From: an uncultured Spirochaetia bacterium
GTDB lineage: Bacteria; Spirochaetota; UBA4802; UBA5368
Direction: 5' to 3'
DNA length: 64,000 nucleotides
NCBI GenBank assembly: GCA_937877025.1
Contig: CALEGE010000002.1
Span: forward strand, 41,189 to 105,188
Within the stretch, counting starts at the first letter, position 1; every line of letters begins with the position of its first letter. A program made the position numbers and the translations under genes. Under the pieces are notes generated by a model that was not told the DNA's origin, searched no databases, and saw only the letters and a program-made list of their open reading frames with translations. Positions 19,575-29,895 of the stretch are shown one piece after another.

Positions 19575-20109
19575 ACATATCAATTACGTTATCGTTTTTA
19601 TCGTCGACGAGGGCGATCCCGCGTTTTTCGTACAGGTACATTCTGTCTGTCCCTCTGGGTATCACCTTCATGCCGTCGTTCCCGTAATGGAAAATAAAAT
19701 ACTCGATTCCATTGTTTAAATTCACGGACTCGTACGTGATTCTGAACCTCTCGAATCCGGCGACAGCGGTGACAACCCCATTGCGCAGAAACACGACCGC
19801 CCGCTTCGCTTCATAATAATACACGGTGTCAAACGCGATAGGCACAGCCGTCGCCTGCCCGAAGATATCCCTGAACACGTCCCCCGGCTTCTCTGTCCGA
19901 ACAACTTTTTCAGGATACCCCCTGTATTGCACCAGAGAGGCAATGCTTTCATTCAGTACAAAACCTTCCGCCCCCGCCCCCGGCGCGACCAGCATCGTAT
20001 CGGCCTTTATACGCGCCTCAAGGGCGCTATCGGGATTCATCCCCGTCAAAAGCCGCAGGAGCAGCACACAAAGTTGCATACTACCGATCATCGCATTATC
20101 CTGTACCAT
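19552..20109 (-). CDS. Hypothetical protein (probably exported)
   Basis: ORF overlapping the SDR stop; N-terminal hydrophobic stretch. Confidence 0.6.
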   Translation of the reverse strand: MVQDNAMIGSMQLCVLLLRLLTGMNPDSALEARIKADTMLVAPGAGAEGFVLNESIASLVQYRGYPEKVVRTEKPGDVFRDIFGQATAVPIAFDTVYYYEAKRAVVFLRNGVVTAVAGFERFRITYESVNLNNGIEYFIFHYGNDGMKVIPRGTDRMYLYEKRGIALVDDKNDNVIDMFIVFQPR

Positions 20110-20834
20110 AGGCGCCCGGGTGTTATTCGCATTAACCAGGCAATTATTCGCCAGCGACGGGATATATACCCATGATGTCTTTTTTTCTCGATATCACAGA
20201 GTATCTGCCGAGCCGCGGTTTCGGGTGTGGCAACCCAGAACAGGCCCTCGCCCTTTGCCATCTCCGTATCGATAAACCCGGGCTGGATTTCAGTGACAAA
20301 GACCGGTATTCCGCGTCGTCTGGCATTCTGCCGTAGAGAGTCCAGATACATCGATACAAACGCCTTTGAAGCGCCATACGCAGGGGCATCTGCGTCACCA
20401 CGGATGGCGGCAATCGACGATATCCCCACCAGGTGCCCCCTGTTCTGAGAATAAAAATATCGCATCGCGAAACACGCCATCGCGGCGAATCCGCGCACAT
20501 TGACATCTATGGTGTCGCGCTCGCCTTCCCATTCAAGTTCGGGATTAACAAAACCGGTACCCGCGGATATCACGGCGATATCCATGCCGCCCATTTCTCC
20601 AATCAACTCTTCCATCTTTGCAACGGCCTGCATACTGTCGCACACATCGAATGATTTTATAAATATTCTTTCGGGATTTTCAGCGTGAAGTTCTTGCAAC
20701 AGATGCTCGCGCCTCCCCGTTGCCCCCACAACACATCCGCGGCGCGCCATCTCCCTGGCAAGCGCCCGGCCGACACCGGACGATGCCCCGATAATAACCG
20801 CCCTCTTCACCGCCACACCACGTTCTTCTTTCAT
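20088..20834 (-). CDS. Short-chain dehydrogenase/reductase
   Basis: GASSGVG, SS, YGASK, PGFIDT. Confidence 0.92.
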   Translation of the reverse strand: MKEERGVAVKRAVIIGASSGVGRALAREMARRGCVVGATGRREHLLQELHAENPERIFIKSFDVCDSMQAVAKMEELIGEMGGMDIAVISAGTGFVNPELEWEGERDTIDVNVRGFAAMACFAMRYFYSQNRGHLVGISSIAAIRGDADAPAYGASKAFVSMYLDSLRQNARRRGIPVFVTEIQPGFIDTEMAKGEGLFWVATPETAARQILCDIEKKRHHGYISRRWRIIAWLMRITPGRLWYRIMR

Positions 20835-20993
20835 GCGTTTTCCCGATATTACGTTACACTATATACGCCGGCGTACAAACACAATACAAATTCTCGTCCT
20901 GCATCAACGCGGTATCCCGCGCATGCGGCAACACCGGATACACGTTGATTCACGAGCATTATGTCGCATGCGCGCCGTAAAAACGCCACTCCC

Positions 20994-21704
20994 TCACCGC
21001 GCGCCGACATTCATTCTTTTTTCCAGTTTTTTTGATTCTCGTTTTATGATGGGATATCGTCGCGGGAATTCCATCGGGGTGTGCGCTATTTTTTTCACAA
21101 GCAGCCCCGCCCGGACATCCGGCAGGCCGCGCGCGGCGTCGAGCCGCACCACGCCGCCAAGCGTTTCAATATGGCCACCGAGCGAGGGGTCAAGCGACTC
21201 CGCACGGAGGCGTGAATAGACATACAGAAAACCGCCGACGCGCACGAGCGGAAGGCCAAGCTCCAGCACTTCGTACACAAATCCCATCGCGCGCGACACC
21301 ACAATATCGAACGACGCCCTGCCGCATTCCTCCGCGCAAACGTCTTCCGCCCGTGAACACCACACGGCGACATTCGACAGTCCCAGCGCATTCGACGCCA
21401 TCGCGATGAATCCCGCCTTCTTCTCATTCGATTCGATCAACACACACTCAATCTGGGGATACGCGATCGCGATCGGCATGCCCGGGATACCGGCGCCCGA
21501 CCCGATGTCGGCACACCGTGTTCCACGTGGAACATCCAATCCCCGCACCGGGACAAGGCTCCCCTCGACAAGAACCGAATATATCTCCTCAAGGCTCTTC
21601 AGCCCGGTCAGATTATACCGTGCATTTTCATCGTGCAGCAGCTGCGCGAACCGATACAGTTTTTCCCGTACATCCTGCCGCATGGCTGACTCCGCACCCT
21701 TCAT
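20994..21704 (-). CDS. rsmG: 16S rRNA m7G527 methyltransferase RsmG (GidB)
   Basis: YNLTG, DIGSGAGIPG, ESNEKK, VVSRA, FPRR; AAGGAG RBS before ATG 21704; directly after mnmG. Confidence 0.93.
   Translation of the reverse strand: MKGAESAMRQDVREKLYRFAQLLHDENARYNLTGLKSLEEIYSVLVEGSLVPVRGLDVPRGTRCADIGSGAGIPGMPIAIAYPQIECVLIESNEKKAGFIAMASNALGLSNVAVWCSRAEDVCAEECGRASFDIVVSRAMGFVYEVLELGLPLVRVGGFLYVYSRLRAESLDPSLGGHIETLGGVVRLDAARGLPDVRAGLLVKKIAHTPMEFPRRYPIIKRESKKLEKRMNVGAR
21519..21534. promoter_or_regulatory. parS centromere-like site inside rsmG
   Basis: Perfect palindrome TGTTCCACGTGGAACA matching the bacterial parS consensus. Confidence 0.9.
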
Positions 21705-21705
21705 G

Positions 21706-23619
21706 TTATCGCTCCTTTTCGTGATCCGTACCGAATGTTCCACGTGGAACATTCGGCCCTTTTCTGCGCATCGCTTCAAGGTGCACTATAAGCAGCGCGA
21801 CATCGGACGGATCGACCCCCGAAATACGCATCGCCTGCCCGACCGTTCGCGGACGCACGCGTTTTAATTTTTCCCTGGCTTCGTTTTTAAGGCCGGGTAT
21901 CCCGGCGTAATCGAGCGAGTCGGGTATTTCGCTCGACTCCATGCGCTCAACTTTCCGTATCCTCTCGACTTCCTTTTTTATATATCCCTCATACTTGATT
22001 TCCATTTCGACAACAGCCGCCGTTTCATCGTCCATGTCGCCACCAATGTGGGGCATTATATCCCATATCTTTATTTCCGGACGCTTGAGCAGCTTGGCCG
22101 CGCCCGCTTTCATTCCCTCTCTATATCCGCCCGAACCCCCTTTTATTTTTTCGTGCAGCGCGCCGTCGATGACGATCGACATCGTCTGGATTTCAGACAC
22201 CCGCTCCCGAATGCGGGAATACTTCTTCATCATTGCTTCATACCGCTGTTCGCTGACGAGGCCGTTTTCGTAGCCATACCGCATGCAGCGCTGGTCCGCA
22301 TTGTCCTGCCGCAACAGCAGGCGGTGCTCGGCGCGCGAGGTAAACATTCTATACGGCTCCTCCGTTCCCTTCGTAACGAGATCGTCGATGAGCACGCCAA
22401 TATACGACTCCGATCTTTTCAGTATAATCGGGTCCTTCCCCATAAGCTTTCTCGCGGCGTTGATTCCCGCAACCAGGCCCTGCCCCGCCGCCTCCTCGTA
22501 TCCCGACGTGCCATTGATCTGGCCCGCATGAAACAGTCCCTCAAGCCGCTTTGTCTCCAGTGACGGTTTCAGTTCTGTCGACGGCACATAATCGTACTCG
22601 ACCGCATAGGCGGGGCGCATCACCGCAACGTGCTCCAGTCCCGGCAGCGTGCGGATCATTTCAAGCTGCACATCTTCCGGCAGCGAGCTGGAGAACCCGT
22701 TGACATAGTATTCATTTGTCGCAAGCCCCTCGGGCTCGAGAAAAATCTGATGGCTCGATTTGTCCGCGAACCGCATCACCTTGTCCTCTACCGAGGGACA
22801 ATACCGCGCGCCGATCCCCTTTATCTTTCCCGAATACATGGGAGAGTGCAAAATATTCTTTCGTATTATCTCATGTGTCGCCGCGGTTGTCCGGGTTGTC
22901 CAGCACGGCACCTGCTGCATTGTTATCCTGTCTGTGCCGTATGAAAACGGGATGGGGTTTTCGTCCGGCAGCTGAATCTCGCACTGACTGAAATCGATTG
23001 AGTCGCCATTGACCCTTGGCGGCGTTCCTGTTTTCAAACGCTTCACAGGAAAGCCGAGCGACCTCAGCGAATCGGAAAGAAGTTCCGCCGAGAAATCGCC
23101 GAGGCGTCCGCAGTGTTCATTATACTCGCCAATATGAACCAGCCCCTTTAAAAACGTTCCCGTGCACAGCACGACCGCACCCGCCAGATGTGTCTGCCCG
23201 CGCCTGGTCAGCACGCCCGTAATTTTCCCGTTTTCAGCGAGAAGGCGTTCCGCGATGTCCTGTATAATCACCAGATTTTTCTGCTTCTCGAGCACCATCT
23301 TCATTCGGAGTTGATACGCTTTTTTATCCGCCTGCGCCCGCGGCGCCCATACCGCCGGGCCCTTCGACCTGTTCAGCATTTTAAAGTGAATGCCGGTCGC
23401 ATCCGTGGTAACCGCCATCTCGCCGCCAAGGGCGTCGATCTCCCGCACAATATGGCCCTTTGCAAGTCCGCCGATTGCGGGATTGCAGCTCATCTGGCAA
23501 ATCGTATCAATATTTCCCGTGAGCAACAACGTTGAAAAACCCATCCGTGCGGCCGCCAGCGATGCCTCAGCACCCGCGTGCCCGGCGCCAACAACAATGA
23601 TATCAAATTCCCGTATCAT
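21706..23619 (-). CDS. mnmG: tRNA uridine-5-carboxymethylaminomethyl modification enzyme MnmG (GidA)
   Basis: [60 protein letters not shown]. Confidence 0.98.
   Translation of the reverse strand: MIREFDIIVVGAGHAGAEASLAAARMGFSTLLLTGNIDTICQMSCNPAIGGLAKGHIVREIDALGGEMAVTTDATGIHFKMLNRSKGPAVWAPRAQADKKAYQLRMKMVLEKQKNLVIIQDIAERLLAENGKITGVLTRRGQTHLAGAVVLCTGTFLKGLVHIGEYNEHCGRLGDFSAELLSDSLRSLGFPVKRLKTGTPPRVNGDSIDFSQCEIQLPDENPIPFSYGTDRITMQQVPCWTTRTTAATHEIIRKNILHSPMYSGKIKGIGARYCPSVEDKVMRFADKSSHQIFLEPEGLATNEYYVNGFSSSLPEDVQLEMIRTLPGLEHVAVMRPAYAVEYDYVPSTELKPSLETKRLEGLFHAGQINGTSGYEEAAGQGLVAGINAARKLMGKDPIILKRSESYIGVLIDDLVTKGTEEPYRMFTSRAEHRLLLRQDNADQRCMRYGYENGLVSEQRYEAMMKKYSRIRERVSEIQTMSIVIDGALHEKIKGGSGGYREGMKAGAAKLLKRPEIKIWDIMPHIGGDMDDETAAVVEMEIKYEGYIKKEVERIRKVERMESSEIPDSLDYAGIPGLKNEAREKLKRVRPRTVGQAMRISGVDPSDVALLIVHLEAMRRKGPNVPRGTFGTDHEKER
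21736..21751. promoter_or_regulatory. parS centromere-like site at the 3' end of mnmG
   Basis: TGTTCCACGTGGAACA, inside a 26-bp perfect palindrome 21731..21756. Confidence 0.9.
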
Positions 23620-23894
23620 ACAAAATGTATCCAACCATGATCAAAATATAATGCGACATAATTATGTACGCCGTTTCTCCATCACCCATTCCACAATGAA
23701 AGGGCATATTAATTATACAACATTTTTAGCTCGCGCTATACATTTTTCTTTTCACCAGGGCGGTATCGCGCCGCTATACCATTTGTTTTTCGATTGATTT
23801 TCCCTATGGACATGTCACTATTCATTCTATCTATGCGCATTCCGCGGTTTGCATGCCCATCTATTTTTCACGTTCTCTGCAGGAGGAGGATATC

Positions 23895-24425
23895 ATGACA
23901 TACTCGACAGCAGCGATACAGCATATACATATAAAAAAGGGAGACATTACCCGGGAGGACGTCGACGCCATCGTCAATGCGGCGAATCCATCACTTCTCG
24001 GCGGCGGCGGTGTCGACGGCGCCATACACCGCGCGGCCGGCCCCGGCCTTCTCGCCGAATGCAGAACCCTCGGCGGGTGCGCCCACGGGGAGGCTAAAAT
24101 CACAAAGGGATACAACCTGAAAGCCCGGCATGTTATACACACTCCCGGCCCCGTGTACCGCGACGGGAATCACGGCGAGAAAGAGATTCTCATCGGCTCA
24201 TACCGCAACTGCATGAAAATCGCAAAGGAGAACTCGCTGCTGTCAATCGCCTTTCCCGCAATTTCAACCGGCGTCTATGGCTATCCAAAACAGGAAGGAT
24301 GCAATGTCGCGCTCGGAACAGTCCTCGATTTTATGACGAGGGAAAATTATATCATTGATGTTTATTTCGTCTTATTCGATAATGAAAATTATAATATCTA
24401 TTTAAGCGAATTTGCAAAATTATAA
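23895..24425 (+). CDS. Macro-domain O-acetyl-ADP-ribose deacetylase (YmdB-like)
   Basis: GDIT, AIVNAANPSLLGGGGVDGAIH, FPAISTGVYGYP; AGGAGG RBS. Confidence 0.93.
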   Translation: MTYSTAAIQHIHIKKGDITREDVDAIVNAANPSLLGGGGVDGAIHRAAGPGLLAECRTLGGCAHGEAKITKGYNLKARHVIHTPGPVYRDGNHGEKEILIGSYRNCMKIAKENSLLSIAFPAISTGVYGYPKQEGCNVALGTVLDFMTRENYIIDVYFVLFDNENYNIYLSEFAKL

Positions 24426-24445
24426 ACACACAGGTCACTGCAACT

Positions 24446-25294
24446 ATGAATTATATCGAAAAACTCCGCGCCTCATCAGATACGTTTCACTCGATTGTAT
24501 GTCTCGGCCTTGATCCGGTGCTCGCCGACATCCCGATACAAGACGGCGGGCCGCGGCAGCGGATATACAATTTTTACGAATCCATCTTAAACGCCCTGCT
24601 TCATAAAAAAATATATCCAGCGGCGGTAAAACCGAACTACGCGTTTTACGCGCAATACGGCCTTGAGGGAATAGCATGCTGCGCCGATGTGATTGCGCTC
24701 TACCGGAACGCAGGCCTTCCCGTAATCCTTGATGTGAAACGCGGCGATATCGGATCTACCGCCGACGCATACAGCCGTGAAGCGTTCGATTTTTTCAACG
24801 CCGACGCAGTCACCCTTTCGCCGTACATGGGGTACGATTCAATAGAGCCGTTTATTAAAAACTATCCCAGCAAGGGGTATTATATACTGAACAAAACATC
24901 GAACAAAAGTTCGGCCGATATACAGGATATCATGGTCGAAGGCAGGCCGATGTATCTGCATGTCGCGTCGAAAATTGCCGAATGGCACAAACCCGGTATC
25001 GGTGCGGTTGTCGGCGCCACATATCCCGAACAGCTCGGGCAGATCGCGGAGGTCTTCGTTGGCTCCGGCAAAGACATACCGCTGCTCATTCCGGGCGTCG
25101 GGACACAGGGCGGAAGCGTGAAGGACGTATGTAAGGAACTCACACGATTTTCCGATGTCCGGATACACAGGATTAATTCATCACGGGCCATCAATTACGC
25201 GTATAAAAAATACAGCGGCCTTCATTTCGCCGATGCCGCGGCCCAGGCGCTCAAAACGCTGAACGATGAAATAAATTCCCTTATTTTTCAATAA
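24446..25294 (+). CDS. pyrF: Orotidine-5'-phosphate decarboxylase
   Basis: CLGLDP, KPNYAFY, LDVKRGDIGST, GAVVGAT, LIPGVGTQGG, NSSRAI. Confidence 0.95.
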   Translation: MNYIEKLRASSDTFHSIVCLGLDPVLADIPIQDGGPRQRIYNFYESILNALLHKKIYPAAVKPNYAFYAQYGLEGIACCADVIALYRNAGLPVILDVKRGDIGSTADAYSREAFDFFNADAVTLSPYMGYDSIEPFIKNYPSKGYYILNKTSNKSSADIQDIMVEGRPMYLHVASKIAEWHKPGIGAVVGATYPEQLGQIAEVFVGSGKDIPLLIPGVGTQGGSVKDVCKELTRFSDVRIHRINSSRAINYAYKKYSGLHFADAAAQALKTLNDEINSLIFQ

Positions 25295-25307
25295 AAAACG
25301 GCGCGCT

Positions 25308-27452
25308 ATGAATGAACAGAAAAAGGGCAGGCACACCGTACTCGTTGTTACCGCCACGCAGTCGGACGCCGCGCACATATGCGAAACGCTGGGGGAGGAT
25401 ACATACAACTTCATCACCGCCACCTCCGGCATCGACGCGCTGAGCAGCATCACATACCAGCTGCCGAGCATCATTATCTCCGAAGTCGATCTCCCGGGGA
25501 TGAACGGTCATGAGCTGTGCAAAAAAATACGAACCGGAATCAAAACCAAGCTCATCCCTTTTATATTCATATCCAACTCGGATACGGCTGACGACCGTAT
25601 CACCGCATTCCAGACGGGGGCGGATGCGTATCTTTCGAAACCTTTCAACACCGACGAGCTCCGCGCGCTTGTCGCTTCGAAAATTCAGATTTTCAACGAG
25701 TTCTATCAAATATCGATAACCGACGAACTGACGCGCCTTTATACCCGGCGTGAATTCATAAAACAGTTCAACACCGAAATTGAAAATTCACAAAACCAGG
25801 TTTCATCGCTGTGCATTATCGATCTTGACCATTTCAAAAAAATCAACGATACGTTCGGTCATCAGATGGGTGATCTCGTGCTGATGAAGTTCGCCGACAT
25901 CCTGAAAAGCCGCGCGTCCGATGCCTTTTTTCCCGCGCGTTTTGGCGGCGAGGAATTTGTCATTCTCATGCCGGGCACGGGCGCGACAGCCGCAAAAAAC
26001 ACCGTTGATTCGCTCCGATACGAATTTTCATCGCTGGAATTCCGCCACACCGTAGACGGCACGCCGTTCAATGTCAGCTTCAGCGCGGGCGTCGCCGAAT
26101 ATCCTTCCATGGCATCCAACATATCCGAATTGCTGTCCCGGGCCGACCAGGCGCTGTATACGGTAAAAAAAGAGGGGCGCGGCAAAACCTATATTTTCAG
26201 AGCTATCATGAGCAGGAACGACAGGTTCTGGGAATATCTGAAACCACACAGTGGAACCTTTGTCGAACCGGTCATGAACGACCCCGTGACAAAACTTCCG
26301 TTTCTTCCGCAAATACTCGAGCAGATACGAACCCTCGACTATGACGTCAAGAGCATCGGCATTCTCTTTATACGCGTTACTCCGTTATTCGACATTGACA
26401 AACTGCGGGGTATTAAAAACCTCTTTTACGATCTTGAGAACATAAAAAACATACTGCAATGGACGTTCGAAAACAGCCTGCCGTCTGATATGTACCTTGC
26501 CAAAAGCAGTTTCTTCGATCATGAATACGTCACACTTTTTCCGAGCATCGTCGACTTTTCCTATAATCTTCAAAAATTCAACGATGTCTGCAGAGACGTA
26601 TCGCTCGATCTATTCCTGTATATAATCAATTATTTCTTCGATATATCGTTTTCAAACGACATTATTTTTTACGACAGGAACAACCCCTACCATCTCCTTG
26701 ACGATATATCGGCGATTCGTGGAAGGATAAAACTATTAGACAACAAAAAAGACTTTTTTGTCAACATCATCAATTCAACACGCAACGCGGTTAACGACGA
26801 GGCCGCACTGGATCAAATGTTCGATTACAAATACTGCTACAGCCTCCATCCCTTCGAGCCTTCGTTCCAGTTTTTTACATCATCAAATTTTATCATTAAA
26901 ACAGATTTTACAGATATCCTTCTGAAAAAGATAGCGCCCTCGGCCGGCGATTTTGATCGTTTTGCACGGCTGCTTTCAGACTCGTTCAACGGGTCGCCGA
27001 CGCTTCCCCTTCTTTTCCAATGGGTCCCTGCCATAGATCTTCAGGAGTATATCAATATCGTTCATGCGCATTTTCGGAACAGGGAAACCATCGTTCTGAT
27101 AAATGAAAAACAATTTGAGAATATCCGCATCGAACACATCAACCAGGTTGTTGAAGCGCTCCCCGAATGTATATCGCTCGGCCTCGACAACTGCTACATC
27201 GGCAATACCATTCTTAATTTGCTCTCCACGGTTGATTTCAGGGTGGCGCTTTTTTCGGAAAATATAATCCGAAATATACATCGATTCCCCGAGCGGATAA
27301 AAATTATTAACGGCCTTAAACTATTTGCCGATCAGGTGGGGCTGCCGATTATCGCGAAGAATATTCTTATAGAAGAAGAGTTTCAGATTCTCAAGGATCT
27401 TAAAATTTCACACGCATCAGGGCCGTACATGGACTCGCTTCTGCACAAATGA
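25308..27452 (+). CDS. Diguanylate cyclase: atypical receiver + GGDEF + degenerate GGDEF/EAL-like domains
   Basis: REC-like N-terminus (AYLSKPF), DELTRLY, DLDHFKKINDTFGHQMGD, RFGGEEF; C-terminus resembles a degenerate EAL domain. Confidence 0.85.
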   Translation: MNEQKKGRHTVLVVTATQSDAAHICETLGEDTYNFITATSGIDALSSITYQLPSIIISEVDLPGMNGHELCKKIRTGIKTKLIPFIFISNSDTADDRITAFQTGADAYLSKPFNTDELRALVASKIQIFNEFYQISITDELTRLYTRREFIKQFNTEIENSQNQVSSLCIIDLDHFKKINDTFGHQMGDLVLMKFADILKSRASDAFFPARFGGEEFVILMPGTGATAAKNTVDSLRYEFSSLEFRHTVDGTPFNVSFSAGVAEYPSMASNISELLSRADQALYTVKKEGRGKTYIFRAIMSRNDRFWEYLKPHSGTFVEPVMNDPVTKLPFLPQILEQIRTLDYDVKSIGILFIRVTPLFDIDKLRGIKNLFYDLENIKNILQWTFENSLPSDMYLAKSSFFDHEYVTLFPSIVDFSYNLQKFNDVCRDVSLDLFLYIINYFFDISFSNDIIFYDRNNPYHLLDDISAIRGRIKLLDNKKDFFVNIINSTRNAVNDEAALDQMFDYKYCYSLHPFEPSFQFFTSSNFIIKTDFTDILLKKIAPSAGDFDRFARLLSDSFNGSPTLPLLFQWVPAIDLQEYINIVHAHFRNRETIVLINEKQFENIRIEHINQVVEALPECISLGLDNCYIGNTILNLLSTVDFRVALFSENIIRNIHRFPERIKIINGLKLFADQVGLPIIAKNILIEEEFQILKDLKISHASGPYMDSLLHK

Positions 27453-27458
27453 TTCGTA

Positions 27459-29363
27459 TCAATTCATGCGCCTTACCCTGAAAGACAGCGGCGCCGCATC
27501 GTACTCATATTCGATTGATGTGTAAAACATCGCCTGTTCGTTTTCATTTTCAAATGAAACCATTTCCGGGCAGTCTAAATACACGCCGCGAAGGAACTCG
27601 CCGACACTCGGCAGCATCCCGTCTGCGACAAGCAGAGGCCATGGCGCAGTATCGGGCATCATCAGGACTCGTTTATAATTCTCGCGTGTTACCCGCAAAA
27701 TCGCGTCTATAAGGACGCAGGTTGAATTCACCGCGACGAATGCCTCAACATCCTCAAACACCTGATAAAACGCGATGCCGTTCCCCTCTTTCCATTCATC
27801 GAAAACATGCATTCTTCTCTGCAGTGTCTCACAATCAAAAACCCGCAGGCATTCCTCGATCGCGCTTTCCCGTATCCTCGTATCCGTGAAAAAAACAACA
27901 TTATACAATTCGTTTTTCAGCGGCAACGCGCCAAAAAGCATGTTCAAACCCCGATGGAGCGAGTCAATATCCGGCTCCTTTACGTAAAACGTGAACACGC
28001 TCGTTTCGACATCGTCCGCATATAGCCGTCCGTCCCATCGGGCAACATCGTCACCCCGAAAAACAATACCGCGTGTCAGCGTTCCGCTGTCGTCCATCAC
28101 GAAGTCGGGCGACTTCCTGATGACACTCGTATAGCCTGTGCTGTTTTCCGTTTCCAGCCCAATTGTCCGCATCGAGTGCTTGCCGAAATTCCAGCCGTTC
28201 AGAAAATAATACGGCGGCATTTTTTGGTAGTACACGCCGTCCCTGTCGCCATATTCGCGAATACGTGTTCCCGGCAGCATCAGCAGAGGATACAACTCCA
28301 CGTTCTCCGCAAACCCCATAGTCACAAGCGTTTCTATTGTACGCAGAAACATTTCCGGCGTATCCCCCGGCAGGCCCGGGATAACGCCAATTTTTATATC
28401 AATGCCCGCATCCTTCAGGGCGCGCATGCCCGCAAGTTCGCCCTGCCCGTTTCCTCTACGCCCGATTCTTTCCAGTGCCTCGGGTGTAAGCGTCTGAAGG
28501 CCAACCTCAAGGCTTCGAAACCCGGCATCGTACAAAAGCTCCGCCATGCCCTCCCCTATTCCGTCGGCGCGCATTTCAGTATGAAGTTTCACTCCATGAT
28601 TGTGGCGCTTTATGTGTTCAAGCTTGTTCATTATGTCGGGGGATTTGTTGAAGGTCGGCGACAGAATATATATTTCCGCAAGGTTGCATTCGTGCCGCAT
28701 GTCCAGGGCGCGCAACAGATTCTCAAACGGCAATTCCCGCACCGTTGCGCAATTTTTCGAATAATAGCAATAGGCGCACCGGTATGGACATCCCCGTGTC
28801 ATTTCCATGAATATCGAACCGTCGAACATCGGCGGAAGAAAGCCGGCGGTAAACGGCTCGATTATTTTCAACGGATCGACAATCTCTTCCTGTGGCTGCG
28901 TCACAAGCCGATTGCCATTAATTTCCACCGCATATCTATCCATGTTTTCATTGGCAAGAAAACGCTCAAAAAACCACTCCCCTTCTCCCGAGACAAATAT
29001 ATCGATTCCGTCACGCCTGCCCGAAAACACCCATGAGTCCGGATGTATTTCCGGGCCGCCCGCGAAAACCATTATCTCGGGACACCGTCGCCGAATTTCC
29101 CCGGCAATATCGCAATTCCTCTCAACATTCCACAGGTACGAGGTAAAGCACACGATATCGGGATGCGCCCTGCACACATAATTCACAATGACATCGTCAG
29201 ACGCGAAATTCGCTATGTCACACGGCAGCAGTTCGGTCGCTGCCCGGCCGCCTGAAATATGGTCAACAAATGACGCCAGTGCGGCCGGGGCATACGGCAC
29301 ATTCCCGAGGATATAGTTATAGCCGTAATCAATCAGCGGCAGCTGGACGAACAGCAGCTTCAT
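27459..29363 (-). CDS. B12-binding radical SAM protein
   Basis: SYLWN, GGPE cobalamin-binding domain; TRGCPYRCAYCYY; EVGLQT; GLPGDT. Confidence 0.9.
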   Translation of the reverse strand: MKLLFVQLPLIDYGYNYILGNVPYAPAALASFVDHISGGRAATELLPCDIANFASDDVIVNYVCRAHPDIVCFTSYLWNVERNCDIAGEIRRRCPEIMVFAGGPEIHPDSWVFSGRRDGIDIFVSGEGEWFFERFLANENMDRYAVEINGNRLVTQPQEEIVDPLKIIEPFTAGFLPPMFDGSIFMEMTRGCPYRCAYCYYSKNCATVRELPFENLLRALDMRHECNLAEIYILSPTFNKSPDIMNKLEHIKRHNHGVKLHTEMRADGIGEGMAELLYDAGFRSLEVGLQTLTPEALERIGRRGNGQGELAGMRALKDAGIDIKIGVIPGLPGDTPEMFLRTIETLVTMGFAENVELYPLLMLPGTRIREYGDRDGVYYQKMPPYYFLNGWNFGKHSMRTIGLETENSTGYTSVIRKSPDFVMDDSGTLTRGIVFRGDDVARWDGRLYADDVETSVFTFYVKEPDIDSLHRGLNMLFGALPLKNELYNVVFFTDTRIRESAIEECLRVFDCETLQRRMHVFDEWKEGNGIAFYQVFEDVEAFVAVNSTCVLIDAILRVTRENYKRVLMMPDTAPWPLLVADGMLPSVGEFLRGVYLDCPEMVSFENENEQAMFYTSIEYEYDAAPLSFRVRRMN

Positions 29364-29416
29364 GGCGTACCGCCCGGTTCCCTTCGTACGTGTACAATAT
29401 CGAGACGCATATCGTG

Positions 29417-29674
29417 TCATTCCTGCAGGGTCGCACCGCTTTTTTTATCCTGCAGGTAATTGTTTATTTTTTCTATCCCGTCTCGCAATTCTTCATATTG
29501 TGAAACATTGATCGCGACGCCCTTCTGTGTCGGTTTGTAAACCATGTTTCCGCCCGCATCGAACGCCTGGTACCATATCCGAATATTAATGAGATCCATT
29601 CCCTTGAATTCCGACACCTCGATGCGGATTATTTCATTGTTCGATTTCGGTATGTCTTTTATTATCACGCTCAT
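29417..29674 (-). CDS. PC4/YdbC-family ssDNA-binding protein
   Basis: IRIEVSEFKGMDLINIRIWY...YKPTQKGVAI pattern; AGGAG RBS. Confidence 0.85.
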   Translation of the reverse strand: MSVIIKDIPKSNNEIIRIEVSEFKGMDLINIRIWYQAFDAGGNMVYKPTQKGVAINVSQYEELRDGIEKINNYLQDKKSGATLQE

Positions 29675-29895
29675 TTCTAATCTCCTGTGCGTCGTTGTGT
29701 GTAACATTTTCGCGTCACGGCGCGGCAACAGCTCTGGAATTATATGCATCATTCCATGCCCAATGAAAAAACGCGCCCCCCCTCCGGTCAACAAAAAATA
29801 ATCAAAGAATTTCCGCTTTACTTTTGCGCGCCGGGGCTGCTATTTCTTATCCAGAAAATGACTTTATATTGTATTTATAGAAACGGGTTACTGCC

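Noticed and set aside
21518..21779. MFHVEH peptides in ORF 21518..21724 and the extended rsmG N-terminus
   Set aside because: Translation artefacts of the parS palindromes; rsmG has a good RBS at the 21704 start.
23895..24425. Macro domain as an antitoxin/defence component
   Set aside because: Ordinary YmdB-like sequence with no neighbouring ADP-ribosyltransferase or sirtuin.
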